Below are positions 17,929 through 26,595 of a stretch of DNA of 64,000 nt, one piece after another. Both the position numbers and the translations under genes were made by a program. The notes under the pieces were generated by a model that searched no databases, had not been told where the DNA came from, and was given only the letters and a program-made list of their open reading frames with translations. Position 1 is the first letter of the stretch. Every line of letters begins with the position of its first letter. The stretch is from a virus. Location of the stretch: IMG/VR virus record IMGVR_UViG_3300045971_000188, one strand, 5' to 3'.

Positions 17929-18050
17929 ATTACCCTGAATACCACTACGGTAATGTAGTGTACTATATCTACAAATCAATCCATCTTTGGTATAAAGTAG
18001 ATGGATTGATAGACGGTAAGTTTAGTGAAACCGTTTATATGCCTAGATAA
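17916..18050 (+). CDS. Small early protein (44 aa, not in track)
   Basis: MDEINYPEYHYGNVVYYIYK...; overlaps the previous ORF. Confidence 0.5.
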   Translation: MDEINYPEYHYGNVVYYIYKSIHLWYKVDGLIDGKFSETVYMPR

Positions 18051-18053
18051 TAC

Positions 18054-18073
18054 TTACCCATAGGTACTATTAG
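18054..18073. repeat. 20-bp direct repeat TTACCCATAGGTACTATTAG, copy 1
   Basis: Identical to 19812-19831; intergenic. Confidence 0.85.
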
Positions 18074-18307
18074 AACTAATAAAACTCTAGTAGTATCTAT
18101 CAATAAGTGCTATTTCATAGATACCTAGTCCTAGCTATTAGGACTTAAAAGATAATAGATAACCTTGAGAAAGTTATTAGGTGAAACCGTAAGATCCACT
18201 ACACCCCTCTAAATATTAACCCTTAGTCCCCTTAGCCTTATAGGTTTAGGATACTAACAGATAATATTTATTATCACTTTATTAATCCTTAAATTGGAAG
18301 GTGTATC

Positions 18308-19012
18308 ATGGCACAAACAGACAAACAAAAAGCGGTGGCAATGGCAGCTATTGACCTTAAGTTGACAGAACTCAATAAGGCAATCAACACCATTCAAGGT
18401 AATGTTCATGACGTTATGATTATGACTTGCATTTATGCTTGGCAAAATAATGATGCTGACATTGTATCTAAGGTTCTCAACAACTTAACAGGAGTTAAAG
18501 GTTCATTCAGGGTTGAAAGTGTAGCCTACTGGTTCAAACAAATAGCAGGTATGAACTGTACTTTCAACGAAAAATTGGATAAGTACACAACCAAGTTTTG
18601 CAAGGCTGGTGAGTATGCTAGCAGTCATGGTGTAATCTTTAGCTTTGACAAAGCACATTTAGCTGTCCTTAAACTTGACAAAAACAGGTTCTGGAAGATA
18701 GCCCCTATCACTATAAAGGAACTGAAACTCCAAGATGATATTGCTAAAGTTACAGGCAATGCTGAGATACAACTGGCCCGTAGTTTTGCCGCTGGTCACA
18801 TTGATCAAGCTGCCTTATCTCTCCATATTGCCGGCATGGTAGCTCGCATTACTAACCTTGCTAACACTGGCAAGACTAAAGAATGGCTGGAAGAGTTTTA
18901 TACTCAGCATCCAGAACAAAAGCCAGCAGTTACTCTTGACCTTGTAGAAGCTGAATTGGCTGCCCTGGCTAAAGCTGAATTGGAAGCTGAGCTGGAAGAG
19001 TTGGAGGCTTAA
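18308..19012 (+). CDS. Conserved early phage protein of unknown function
   Basis: GGAAGG RBS; helical; pattern NDADIVSKVLNNL...RVESVAYWFKQIAG resembles early proteins of T7/SP6/PaP3-like phages. Confidence 0.6.
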   Translation: MAQTDKQKAVAMAAIDLKLTELNKAINTIQGNVHDVMIMTCIYAWQNNDADIVSKVLNNLTGVKGSFRVESVAYWFKQIAGMNCTFNEKLDKYTTKFCKAGEYASSHGVIFSFDKAHLAVLKLDKNRFWKIAPITIKELKLQDDIAKVTGNAEIQLARSFAAGHIDQAALSLHIAGMVARITNLANTGKTKEWLEEFYTQHPEQKPAVTLDLVEAELAALAKAELEAELEELEA

Positions 19013-19060
19013 CATAAACATAGTCATGTTGCCTAATATGGCTTGATTATAATTAATACT

Positions 19061-19133
19061 ATACCCTTAGTTTACATTAGATACTCTAAGGGTATCATTA
19101 TTTAAAGGTATTAAATTAGTATCTTTAAATAAT
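19061..19133 (+). other. Tandem intergenic hairpins (10-bp and 14-bp stems)
   Basis: ATACCCTTAG/CTAAGGGTAT and ATTATTTAAAGGTA/TATCTTTAAATAAT. Confidence 0.55.
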
Positions 19134-19162
19134 GAATTAAAATTAAATCTTAGGAGAATAAA

Positions 19163-19300
19163 ATGTACCGTATTCTTTTTAAACCAATCACCTCTAAAAC
19201 TTGGGTTCAATCCTCAGAGTTTAAAAAGGTAGATTACTCTCTCTCTCAAGCTCAAAAGATTGTTAGCTCCCATCCTTCACATCGCTTTGCTAAGTCTTAA
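19163..19300 (+). CDS. Small basic early protein (45 aa, not in track)
   Basis: AGGAG RBS; TAATG coupling to the next ORF. Confidence 0.55.
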   Translation: MYRILFKPITSKTWVQSSEFKKVDYSLSQAQKIVSSHPSHRFAKS

Positions 19301-19518
19301 TGATCACTTTAGAAATGATAAGGGACAGATTAATCCTAGAGTTTACAAACCAGCGTAATCAGCAAGGCTTCTATGTCCCTTTAGCTACCACCTTCTCACC
19401 TACCCTAAAGGGTTACATAAAAGAACGAAAGTTAAGTGATGACCAGTTGAGAAGGGTTATGTTATTAGCCATTGATAAATTACCAGCTTTGGAGTACCCT
19501 AATGAAACAAAGTATTAA
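19300..19518 (+). CDS. Hypothetical early protein
   Basis: Coupled ORF in the early operon. Confidence 0.55.
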   Translation: MITLEMIRDRLILEFTNQRNQQGFYVPLATTFSPTLKGYIKERKLSDDQLRRVMLLAIDKLPALEYPNETKY

Positions 19519-19811
19519 AGATGAGCGCAGTAAAATTAATGCAGCTCGTATGAAACAAGTGATTGCTCGTATTAAAGTTCAGGCTATCTTGGATCGCCAA
19601 CCCTAGCCACACCACTACTATCAGGATGCCCTAAAGGAGGTTTATATGTAGCCTTGGCTATACACAATAAGCGTACAGGAACTGCCCCCTGCTGAAACTA
19701 ATAACTAATAGAGATATATAAGTTGTAGGTACAATACACTCAAAACCTTCACTAATTGTTGACACCTAAGTGGTATTACGAGTCAAGCTGGATAACCATA
19801 ACCAGCACTAA

Positions 19812-19831
19812 TTACCCATAGGTACTATTAG
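19812..19831. repeat. 20-bp direct repeat, copy 2
   Basis: Identical to 18054-18073; intergenic. Confidence 0.85.
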
Positions 19832-20082
19832 TATCTATAGTTAATTATTAAATAATAAATCCCTCAAATGAGGGCTTGTAAAGCACGATAGGAGAACGGA
19901 ATGCTAGCTTTTGATTACAATAAGGCATCACAATGGCACATGATTATGAGCAGGGATAACATAACTCCTGTTCGTTTCCCCCAATTTGATCTACCTTACC
20001 CTCAACCAGATGATGAAGACACTAAAGTTCTCCATGAATCTGCCCATTATTTTAATCGTGTATTACCTGAATAAGGAGTGAA

Positions 20083-20364
20083 ATGCTTTTATCTAATCAA
20101 ATTATAGTTTGTCCTAAAGGTGAGCTAGAGAGATATATACCCTTAAGGCTCACCATCCCTCCTCACCAAACCATAACTCTCTATAGAAAAGGGAATATTA
20201 CCCTCTTTTATAAGACAGGTGAGTTCTTTAATCCAAACCCAAGTATCTGGGAGCATATCATCATTACTACAATCAATAGAGATCTTAATGAGATTAATGT
20301 GCTGGAAGTAATTGCTGAACCTTACTCCCCCTCTGGTATAGAGGTATGTGATTATGACTGTTAA
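20083..20364 (+). CDS. Hypothetical early protein
   Basis: AAGGAG RBS. Confidence 0.55.
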   Translation: MLLSNQIIVCPKGELERYIPLRLTIPPHQTITLYRKGNITLFYKTGEFFNPNPSIWEHIIITTINRDLNEINVLEVIAEPYSPSGIEVCDYDC

Positions 20365-20548
20365 CAGTAGCCTACAAATGGTGCAAACCCTCAACACTAA
20401 TACCGTTAGTTATGTCAAAGATATTGATGGATTGTATAGAGTAGTAATAAGGAATAACCTTAATCAAGTTATCTTTGATCGTCCATCTTATCCATCACTC
20501 TACTCGGCAGTTAAAGATGCTATTTTATTCGAGGAGAATAACAAATGA
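20348..20548 (+). CDS. Hypothetical early protein
   Basis: Overlap-coupled ORF. Confidence 0.5.
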   Translation: MIMTVNSSLQMVQTLNTNTVSYVKDIDGLYRVVIRNNLNQVIFDRPSYPSLYSAVKDAILFEENNK

Positions 20549-20712
20549 AAGAAATAGTAATAACAACATTCATATGGACATTAGTAATAATGGCTGCCAA
20601 TTCAGCTCTAACCACCCAACCTTTACCTAAGTCCCAACCTATCCCTCATCAACGCTTAGATTGCAGTAATGAGCAATGGCACGCAAGCATACCTTGTTCG
20701 TATGAGATATGA
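20545..20712 (+). CDS. Small secreted/membrane protein (55 aa, not in track)
   Basis: GAGGAG RBS; MKEIVITTFIWTLVIMAANSA signal-like N-terminus; two Cys; ends ...CSYEI. Confidence 0.55.
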   Translation: MKEIVITTFIWTLVIMAANSALTTQPLPKSQPIPHQRLDCSNEQWHASIPCSYEI

Positions 20713-20844
20713 AAACCTACAAAATTGAGAGTAGGTACAGTGATGTGCCTTACTTTGTAGTATACACAGATAACTTAGATCTATTTAAGTTATTTACTGG
20801 CCCAAGATGCAAAATAACAGATATCACCCCTGAAACTGGAGAAG

Positions 20845-21150
20845 ATGATGAGTAAAAGATTAGTACACCCTAAAGGCCCGAGTAATATGTTACCTGCTTT
20901 TAGTTTAGCTGTGTTAAAGGATGGTAAACCTGCCCTTCAACGCTTTCAAGGATTCACTGGTTACAATGGCTGGCGCTTGCATCCTACTCGTGGTTGGAAG
21001 AAGATGGAGGGGTATATAGCAACTACTAAATCTGAGGTACTTAAACAACATACTACCTCTAAACCTAATGAACTGAGTGAGGTAGATGCAGAACTGCAGG
21101 CACTACTATCAGATCTTCCTGAAGATGTATTGGAGGGTGAGTTGTGTTAG
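20845..21150 (+). CDS. Hypothetical early protein
   Basis: GGAG RBS; in operon. Confidence 0.55.
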   Translation: MMSKRLVHPKGPSNMLPAFSLAVLKDGKPALQRFQGFTGYNGWRLHPTRGWKKMEGYIATTKSEVLKQHTTSKPNELSEVDAELQALLSDLPEDVLEGELC

Positions 21151-21229
21151 GTATAGTATTAGCATTAGGTATGATAACTATAATTACTATATGTATCTTA
21201 TCTAGTTAATAAGGAATAACTATAAGAAC

Positions 21230-21268
21230 TACTTATAGATACTATAGATCCCCTCAGGCTCTGGCAGT
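21230..21268 (-). repeat. Conserved promoter-proximal element, copy 2
   Basis: Minus strand ACTGCCAGAGCCTGAGGGGATCTATAGTATCTATAAGTA. Confidence 0.75.
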
Positions 21269-21274
21269 GGGGTT

Positions 21275-21303
21275 ATTATAACACGCCTTCCCTAATTTGT
21301 CAA
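21275..21303 (-). promoter_or_regulatory. Perfect sigma70 promoter, antisense to early genes
   Basis: TTGACA-N17-TATAAT with extended -10 TG; predicted +1 at A21268. Confidence 0.8.
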
Positions 21304-21313
21304 CCCCTATACT

Positions 21314-21598
21314 ATGTTCGATTTATTTAAAGCTAAACACTCCCGCAAACTGCCAGTAAATGAGAGGGTAGAGTGGGTCATTGAATCTCGTCATTTACCT
21401 AAAACCCACGCTATCCACTATTTTCCTAGGGATCATGGAGGATTTATAGATTATGATGAGTCTGCTGATTACAATGGGATATTAGTAGACTACTCAGGGA
21501 TAGTAACTGATGAAGAACATGCAGCCTTTGAGAGACAACGACCTAATAAATTACCTAAATACGAATCTGAATTAACCTTAGTTCCATTAGGTTGTTAA
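21314..21598 (+). CDS. Hypothetical protein
   Basis: 94-aa ORF; start uncertain. Confidence 0.5.
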   Translation: MFDLFKAKHSRKLPVNERVEWVIESRHLPKTHAIHYFPRDHGGFIDYDESADYNGILVDYSGIVTDEEHAAFERQRPNKLPKYESELTLVPLGC

Positions 21599-21614
21599 AA
21601 TAATTGGAGGATTT

Positions 21615-21797
21615 ATGAATCTCGAAGCTCAGTTTAAAAGAGAGAGAGACTTTAAAAAACAAGTTATTACTCAATGTAATAGATATTGGTACATTCGTAA
21701 ACAAACTATTACCCAATGTAATGAAGAAAAGGTTGCTATTAATAAAGACTTAGCCAAAGTTAATAGCTTTAGTCGCCCTTGGCAAGTATTCCTTTAG
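21615..21797 (+). CDS. Hypothetical protein
   Basis: GGAGG RBS. Confidence 0.55.
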   Translation: MNLEAQFKRERDFKKQVITQCNRYWYIRKQTITQCNEEKVAINKDLAKVNSFSRPWQVFL

Positions 21798-21809
21798 GAG
21801 GAAACTAAC

Positions 21810-21992
21810 GTGTCAGCTCTAAAATTAAAGAATAAGTTTGATCAAGTAATTTATACTGGTCAAATGCCAATTATTAAAGATGTAAAGAGTGTCTATAGTC
21901 ATAGTGAAGGCTTTATGACTGGCACTATCTCTCTCCACTCTAAAAAGGTGAAGGTATCTTGTACTCGCGGTTTATGGAGAATCAATGAATAA
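21810..21992 (+). CDS. Hypothetical protein
   Basis: AGGAGG RBS, GTG start. Confidence 0.55.
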   Translation: MSALKLKNKFDQVIYTGQMPIIKDVKSVYSHSEGFMTGTISLHSKKVKVSCTRGLWRINE

Positions 21993-22185
21993 TGTATTTA
22001 AAGCGATTACTTATCCAGCCTATCTCATAGGTCACATTCAAGTAGTTCTCATCACTAAGGCTATCTTACTTGCCTTTAAAGGTATACTCAAACTTATCTC
22101 CTTTAAAAAAAAGTAGGGAAAATAGTTAAGGCATATGGGATATGCATAAAGTATATGTCCTTGTCTTATTGGCACTACACCAAAT

Positions 22186-22500
22186 ATGAGAGAAATACTG
22201 GGGACTTTAAAATCCCTAAGTTTGATATTAAAGAATGAGGTATTTATGGACGCAATTACTCAATACTCCTCCACCCTAAAGCACCTTAAAAAGGAGTGTA
22301 GGAAAGTAGCTCTAAAGCTAAGATCAACTCGCAAAACCAAAGTGGCCTGTGAAGATGCAGGTTATCTAATGTATTACCCCCATTTACTCTCTGATCTCAT
22401 TGATCTATCAGATACTAAACGTATCATTAGAAAGGATATCAGAGTTTATTCACAACTTTTAAAAGAAGAACTTAAAGATGAACATATTAAAGCTATCTAA
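22186..22500 (+). CDS. Hypothetical basic protein
   Basis: ORF in operon; true start may be the internal ATG after GAGG. Confidence 0.5.
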   Translation: MREILGTLKSLSLILKNEVFMDAITQYSSTLKHLKKECRKVALKLRSTRKTKVACEDAGYLMYYPHLLSDLIDLSDTKRIIRKDIRVYSQLLKEELKDEHIKAI

Positions 22501-22996
22501 ACAACATGCCTTACCCTTTGCTACTGCCTGGGCTAACGAACTATCAAAAATTACTGGTATCTATCACACTGCCATTCGTAATGAAGATGATACTGCCTGG
22601 ATTGTAACGGCTACCTATGGCAAAATAGTATCTGATAACTTTGGTAAGAAATAATGAACACTCAATACCTTGGTAAGACCGCAACTCCTCCTCGACGCCT
22701 CCAATTCTCTACTTACTCCTATAAAACAGGAGAGTCTTTAGTAGCTAAACAGTGCTGGTTTGAGTCTGTAGATCCAAATCATGAATACCATCGGGCAAGA
22801 CAACTTAAAATATTGGAGTCATGATGTCACTCTTCGTAATTATAGCCAGCTTTGTGGCTGGATGTGTAGTAGGTAAATCCTTTAGTTCTAATAAACTATT
22901 GGAAGATTTAATTAAGGAGGCAAACGATGTTCATTGATGTAATGATTAATGTACTCTTATTAGCAATAGGGGTATTCATAGGTATACTAATAGGTA

Positions 22997-23233
22997 TTGA
23001 TGCTACTGTTAGAGATGAAGAAGATGATTAATATAGATACAGTCTATAAGGTAGGCAATAGAACCTTCTCTACTTACCTTGAAGCTAAAAAAGAGGAGGA
23101 GGTACAATCAATACTGGCCTGTTGTTATGGTTATCGAGATAACTTAGTATCAGATAATGGTAGTACTAATGCTCGATCATTGTTGTATAGATTATTAGAG
23201 CACCACGACATTCAACCAAAGAGGAAAGGATAA
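22997..23233 (+). CDS. Hypothetical protein
   Basis: Coupled to the GGCT gene. Confidence 0.5.
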   Translation: MMLLLEMKKMINIDTVYKVGNRTFSTYLEAKKEEEVQSILACCYGYRDNLVSDNGSTNARSLLYRLLEHHDIQPKRKG

Positions 23234-23649
23234 TGAGTAAATGTAGTGTAGCAGTCTACGGAACCCTTAAGAAAACCCAGTCCAATCATGGACTACTATC
23301 AGGTTCCAAGTTTGTAGGGGTAGGTACTACACCAGCCTCCTACTCCCTGCTTGAGCTTGGGTCATTCCCTGGAGCTATCTGGGGTAATCATCAGTTAATG
23401 GTTGAGGTATATGAGGTTGATGATCGGATACTGGCTAGGTTAGATAGATTAGAAGGTCATCCTTCATTCTATGAACGTCATTTAATTCAGGTTAAAATGG
23501 ATGATGAAGGAGAAGGAAGTGAGGTTAAGGAGGCATGGCTTTACACTATAGCTCACCTTGGCTCTAACTACTCTCATCGTCCTGAGTGTGTTGATAAAGA
23601 CCATCTTAATCGAATTGATTGGAGTTACAAACGTGCGAATAATTGGTAA
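23233..23649 (+). CDS. Gamma-glutamyl cyclotransferase (GGCT/AIG2-like)
   Basis: VAVYGTLKK..SNH.LL, GSFPG, VEVYEVDD..L..LD.LEGHP.FY.R. Confidence 0.85.
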   Translation: MSKCSVAVYGTLKKTQSNHGLLSGSKFVGVGTTPASYSLLELGSFPGAIWGNHQLMVEVYEVDDRILARLDRLEGHPSFYERHLIQVKMDDEGEGSEVKEAWLYTIAHLGSNYSHRPECVDKDHLNRIDWSYKRANNW

Positions 23650-23851
23650 GTTAAAGGTTGTAGGTTACTTTCTAACCTTAGCCACCTTAGCATTAGTGGT
23701 AAGCCTAAGGGATCTATATCAGGCTCTTAAGGAGGTATGATGCTTCACAAGTTCTTATTGTTCATAACAAAACCCTTAGTTAAGAGAAGGATAGCTACAT
23801 ATTGCTACCCTTACTCTGAAGCTATGTACTTTAATCTCAGGGAGTATTTAC

Positions 23852-24676
23852 ATGATATTAGTACAACACCAAAAATACTCTAAAGGTCTAAAGACTAACG
23901 GTCCTTTGGATGTATCAGGTACTCGTTTAGCTCAAGCCTTAGATATAAGGGTATACACGCCACGTATTAAATGTAGGAATAGCAATAGATCAATCATTAA
24001 TTATGGCTGCTCCTATATACCTTGGCTTAGCCCTAATCAAGTGATCTACAATAAACCTGAGGCTATCATTAAAGCCTGTAACAAAATAGCTACCTTTGCT
24101 CAATTAACACAAAGTGAAGTGCCTATTCCCCACTGGACTCACTTAAAAATTGCTGCAGAATTATGGTTTGAAGTACCTAAGGCTATAGTATTTTGCAGAA
24201 CAATCATTAATGGTTCTAAGGGTAAGGGGATTGTAGTAGCTCGAAAGATAGAAGAGTTGGTAGATGCACCTCTCTATACCCTATACATCCCCAAGAATGA
24301 GGAATATAGAGTACACGTAGCCTTCAATAAAGCTATTCATATCCAAAAGAAATTGAAACTTACCCCTCAGGAATTAGAGAATAGAGGTATCACTGACACT
24401 AACCCCTTAGTTCGTAATAGCTCTAATGGGTATGTCTTCTCTTCTAATCTCACCTTTGAATACGAAGAGGATGGTAGCTATACAGACACTAAATACTTCT
24501 GGCTTACTGAGTATGCAATCAAAGCTGTTCGTAGCTTAGGTTTAGATTTTGGTGCTGTAGATTTGATTGTAGGTAAAGATGGTAAATGCTATGTACTTGA
24601 AGTTAATACCGCGCCTGCTTTAGAGGAGCCCACGCTCTCTAAATATAAGAATGCTATAAATGAAAATATCTCATGA
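23852..24676 (+). CDS. ATP-grasp peptide ligase (RimK-like, phiEco32-type)
   Basis: NKIATF, GSKGKGI, EYRVHV, FGAVDL...YVLEVNTAPAL. Confidence 0.85.
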   Translation: MILVQHQKYSKGLKTNGPLDVSGTRLAQALDIRVYTPRIKCRNSNRSIINYGCSYIPWLSPNQVIYNKPEAIIKACNKIATFAQLTQSEVPIPHWTHLKIAAELWFEVPKAIVFCRTIINGSKGKGIVVARKIEELVDAPLYTLYIPKNEEYRVHVAFNKAIHIQKKLKLTPQELENRGITDTNPLVRNSSNGYVFSSNLTFEYEEDGSYTDTKYFWLTEYAIKAVRSLGLDFGAVDLIVGKDGKCYVLEVNTAPALEEPTLSKYKNAINENIS

Positions 24677-25259
24677 AGAGTTATTAAATACGCTTAATTA
24701 CGATAGTGAAAGTGGTATATTTACTTGGTTAATTAAGCCTTGCAGTAATGTTATAATTAACTCAATTGCTGGATGTATTCGAGGTGATGGATATATCTCT
24801 ATAAGATTTAATAAAACTACTTACTTAGCTCATAGATTAGCATGGTTTTACCACTTTGGTATATGGCCTGAATTAAACATAGATCACATAGATACTATTA
24901 AACACCATAACTTTATAAGTAATTTAAGGGAGTGTACTCAATCAGAAAATAATCAAAACCAAACAAAGGCATCAATTAGAAGTAAGAGTGGATTTCTAGG
25001 AGTATCTTATGATAAAAGATATAATAGTTATCTAGCAAGAATAGAGATAGATAATAAAAGATTTTATCTTGGAAGTTACAAAACGCCTGAAGAAGCACAT
25101 CAAGTTTATCTAAAAGCAAAGCAAGAATTACACCCCTATTCCAACTGTTTCCTAGGAGGAAATAATGAACCCAATCGTAAAAGTATTTATCTATCAAGTT
25201 GTAGTGGGAGTTGTAATGCTCCTTATCTTATTAGCAATCAAAGCGGTGGCTTAACATGA
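24660..25259 (+). CDS. HNH endonuclease with AP2-like C-terminal domain
   Basis: YLAHRLAWFY...IDHID..KHHN.ISNLRE; SGFLGVS...YLARI...YLGSYKTPEEAHQVY. Confidence 0.85.
   Translation: MKISHEELLNTLNYDSESGIFTWLIKPCSNVIINSIAGCIRGDGYISIRFNKTTYLAHRLAWFYHFGIWPELNIDHIDTIKHHNFISNLRECTQSENNQNQTKASIRSKSGFLGVSYDKRYNSYLARIEIDNKRFYLGSYKTPEEAHQVYLKAKQELHPYSNCFLGGNNEPNRKSIYLSSCSGSCNAPYLISNQSGGLT
25165..25254 (+). CDS. Nested 29-aa single-TM peptide (not in track)
   Basis: AGGAGG RBS then ATG; MNPIVKVFIYQVVVGVVMLLILLAIKAVA. Confidence 0.55.
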   Translation: MNPIVKVFIYQVVVGVVMLLILLAIKAVA

Positions 25260-25756
25260 AAGAAAGAATATCTCATGAGAGATTGTTAGAACTATTAGAT
25301 TATAATAGTGACTCTGGGATATTTACTAGAAGAATAACAGCAGGTGGTCAAGTAATAGGTGATAGAGTAGGTGCTATTACTACTAAAGGGTATTTATATA
25401 CTTCTGTAGACACTAGAAAGTATATGTGCCACGTATTAGCTTGGTTCTATCACTATAAAGCATGGCCTACTAATCAAATAGATCATATAGATCGAGTTAA
25501 AACTCACAATTGGATAAGTAATTTACAGGATGTGACACAAAATGTTAATCAACATAATAGAATTATCCCTAGAAAAGATAATAAAAGTGGTTTTATAGGC
25601 GTATCTTTCTATCCTAAACTTAATAAATTTGCGGCAAAGATAAGGGTTAATAAAATGGGTATACATCTGGGTTATCATAATACACCCGAAGAAGCACATC
25701 AAGCATACTTAAATGCTAAAGCAATATATCATCCATCATTTACACTAGAGGTATAA
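25256..25756 (+). CDS. HNH endonuclease with AP2-like domain (paralog)
   Basis: YMCHVLAWFY..IDHIDR..THN.ISNLQDV; SGFIGVS..HLGYHNTPEEAHQAY. Confidence 0.85.
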   Translation: MKERISHERLLELLDYNSDSGIFTRRITAGGQVIGDRVGAITTKGYLYTSVDTRKYMCHVLAWFYHYKAWPTNQIDHIDRVKTHNWISNLQDVTQNVNQHNRIIPRKDNKSGFIGVSFYPKLNKFAAKIRVNKMGIHLGYHNTPEEAHQAYLNAKAIYHPSFTLEV

Positions 25757-25758
25757 CA

Positions 25759-26595
25759 ATGAATACTAAGTTTTTAACAGTGGGTTCGGACCCAGAAAGT
25801 TTTTTACGCAACTCTAAAGGTGAATTGGTGAGTGCCATAGGTTTAATTCCAGGCACTAAATCATCTCCCTTTAAAACAACTAATGGTAGCATTCAACATG
25901 ATAACATACTTGCAGAATTTAATTCTAGACCATCCAATACTCTTCTTGAATTTATTAATAATCATAGACTTATCATTGGCGATCTTAATAGTATACTCAA
26001 TCCTTTGGATCTTAAGCTAGACTTTATAGCAAGTGCTATGTGTTCAGATGAACTACTATCAGATCCAATAGCTAAGGTAGCAGGTTGTGATCCTGATTAT
26101 AACGCATGGCTTTTATGCAGGAACAATCCTGTCTCTTATACCTATACTAGTCTGAGGGCTGCTGGTGGACATGTACACATTGCTTTTGACCAATCCGTTA
26201 ACAATCCTAAAGCCCGTATTGATTTTGTTAGGGCTCTTGACATGGTACTGGGCGTTCCAAGTGTTGTTGTCGATAATGATAATGCCAGAAGAACAGTTTA
26301 TGGTAAAGCGGGTTCATTCCGCCCAAAAGATACTATCAATTTCAATGATGATATTGGCCCTGACCCTTATGATGGTGTAGAGTATCGTACCCTCTCTAAC
26401 TTCTGGTTACGCTCTGAGTCCCTCATGGAGTTCGTCTGGAATGGAGTTGAAAGAGTTTACAATAATCTTGAAGAATTGAGTGAAAGGGCAGAGTTCTATA
26501 AAGATGCAATCATTGATATTATCAATACTGGCAATTCAGCTAAGGCAGATTTATTCTGCAGAGTAGAAGGTATCTATGCTCCAGGCACAATTTGA
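25759..26595 (+). CDS. phiEco32-like COOH-NH2 ligase type 2
   Basis: VGSDPESF, QHDNILAEFN, AGCDPDYNAW, AAGGHVH, YGKAGSFRPK, GVEYRTLSNFW. Confidence 0.85.
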   Translation: MNTKFLTVGSDPESFLRNSKGELVSAIGLIPGTKSSPFKTTNGSIQHDNILAEFNSRPSNTLLEFINNHRLIIGDLNSILNPLDLKLDFIASAMCSDELLSDPIAKVAGCDPDYNAWLLCRNNPVSYTYTSLRAAGGHVHIAFDQSVNNPKARIDFVRALDMVLGVPSVVVDNDNARRTVYGKAGSFRPKDTINFNDDIGPDPYDGVEYRTLSNFWLRSESLMEFVWNGVERVYNNLEELSERAEFYKDAIIDIINTGNSAKADLFCRVEGIYAPGTI

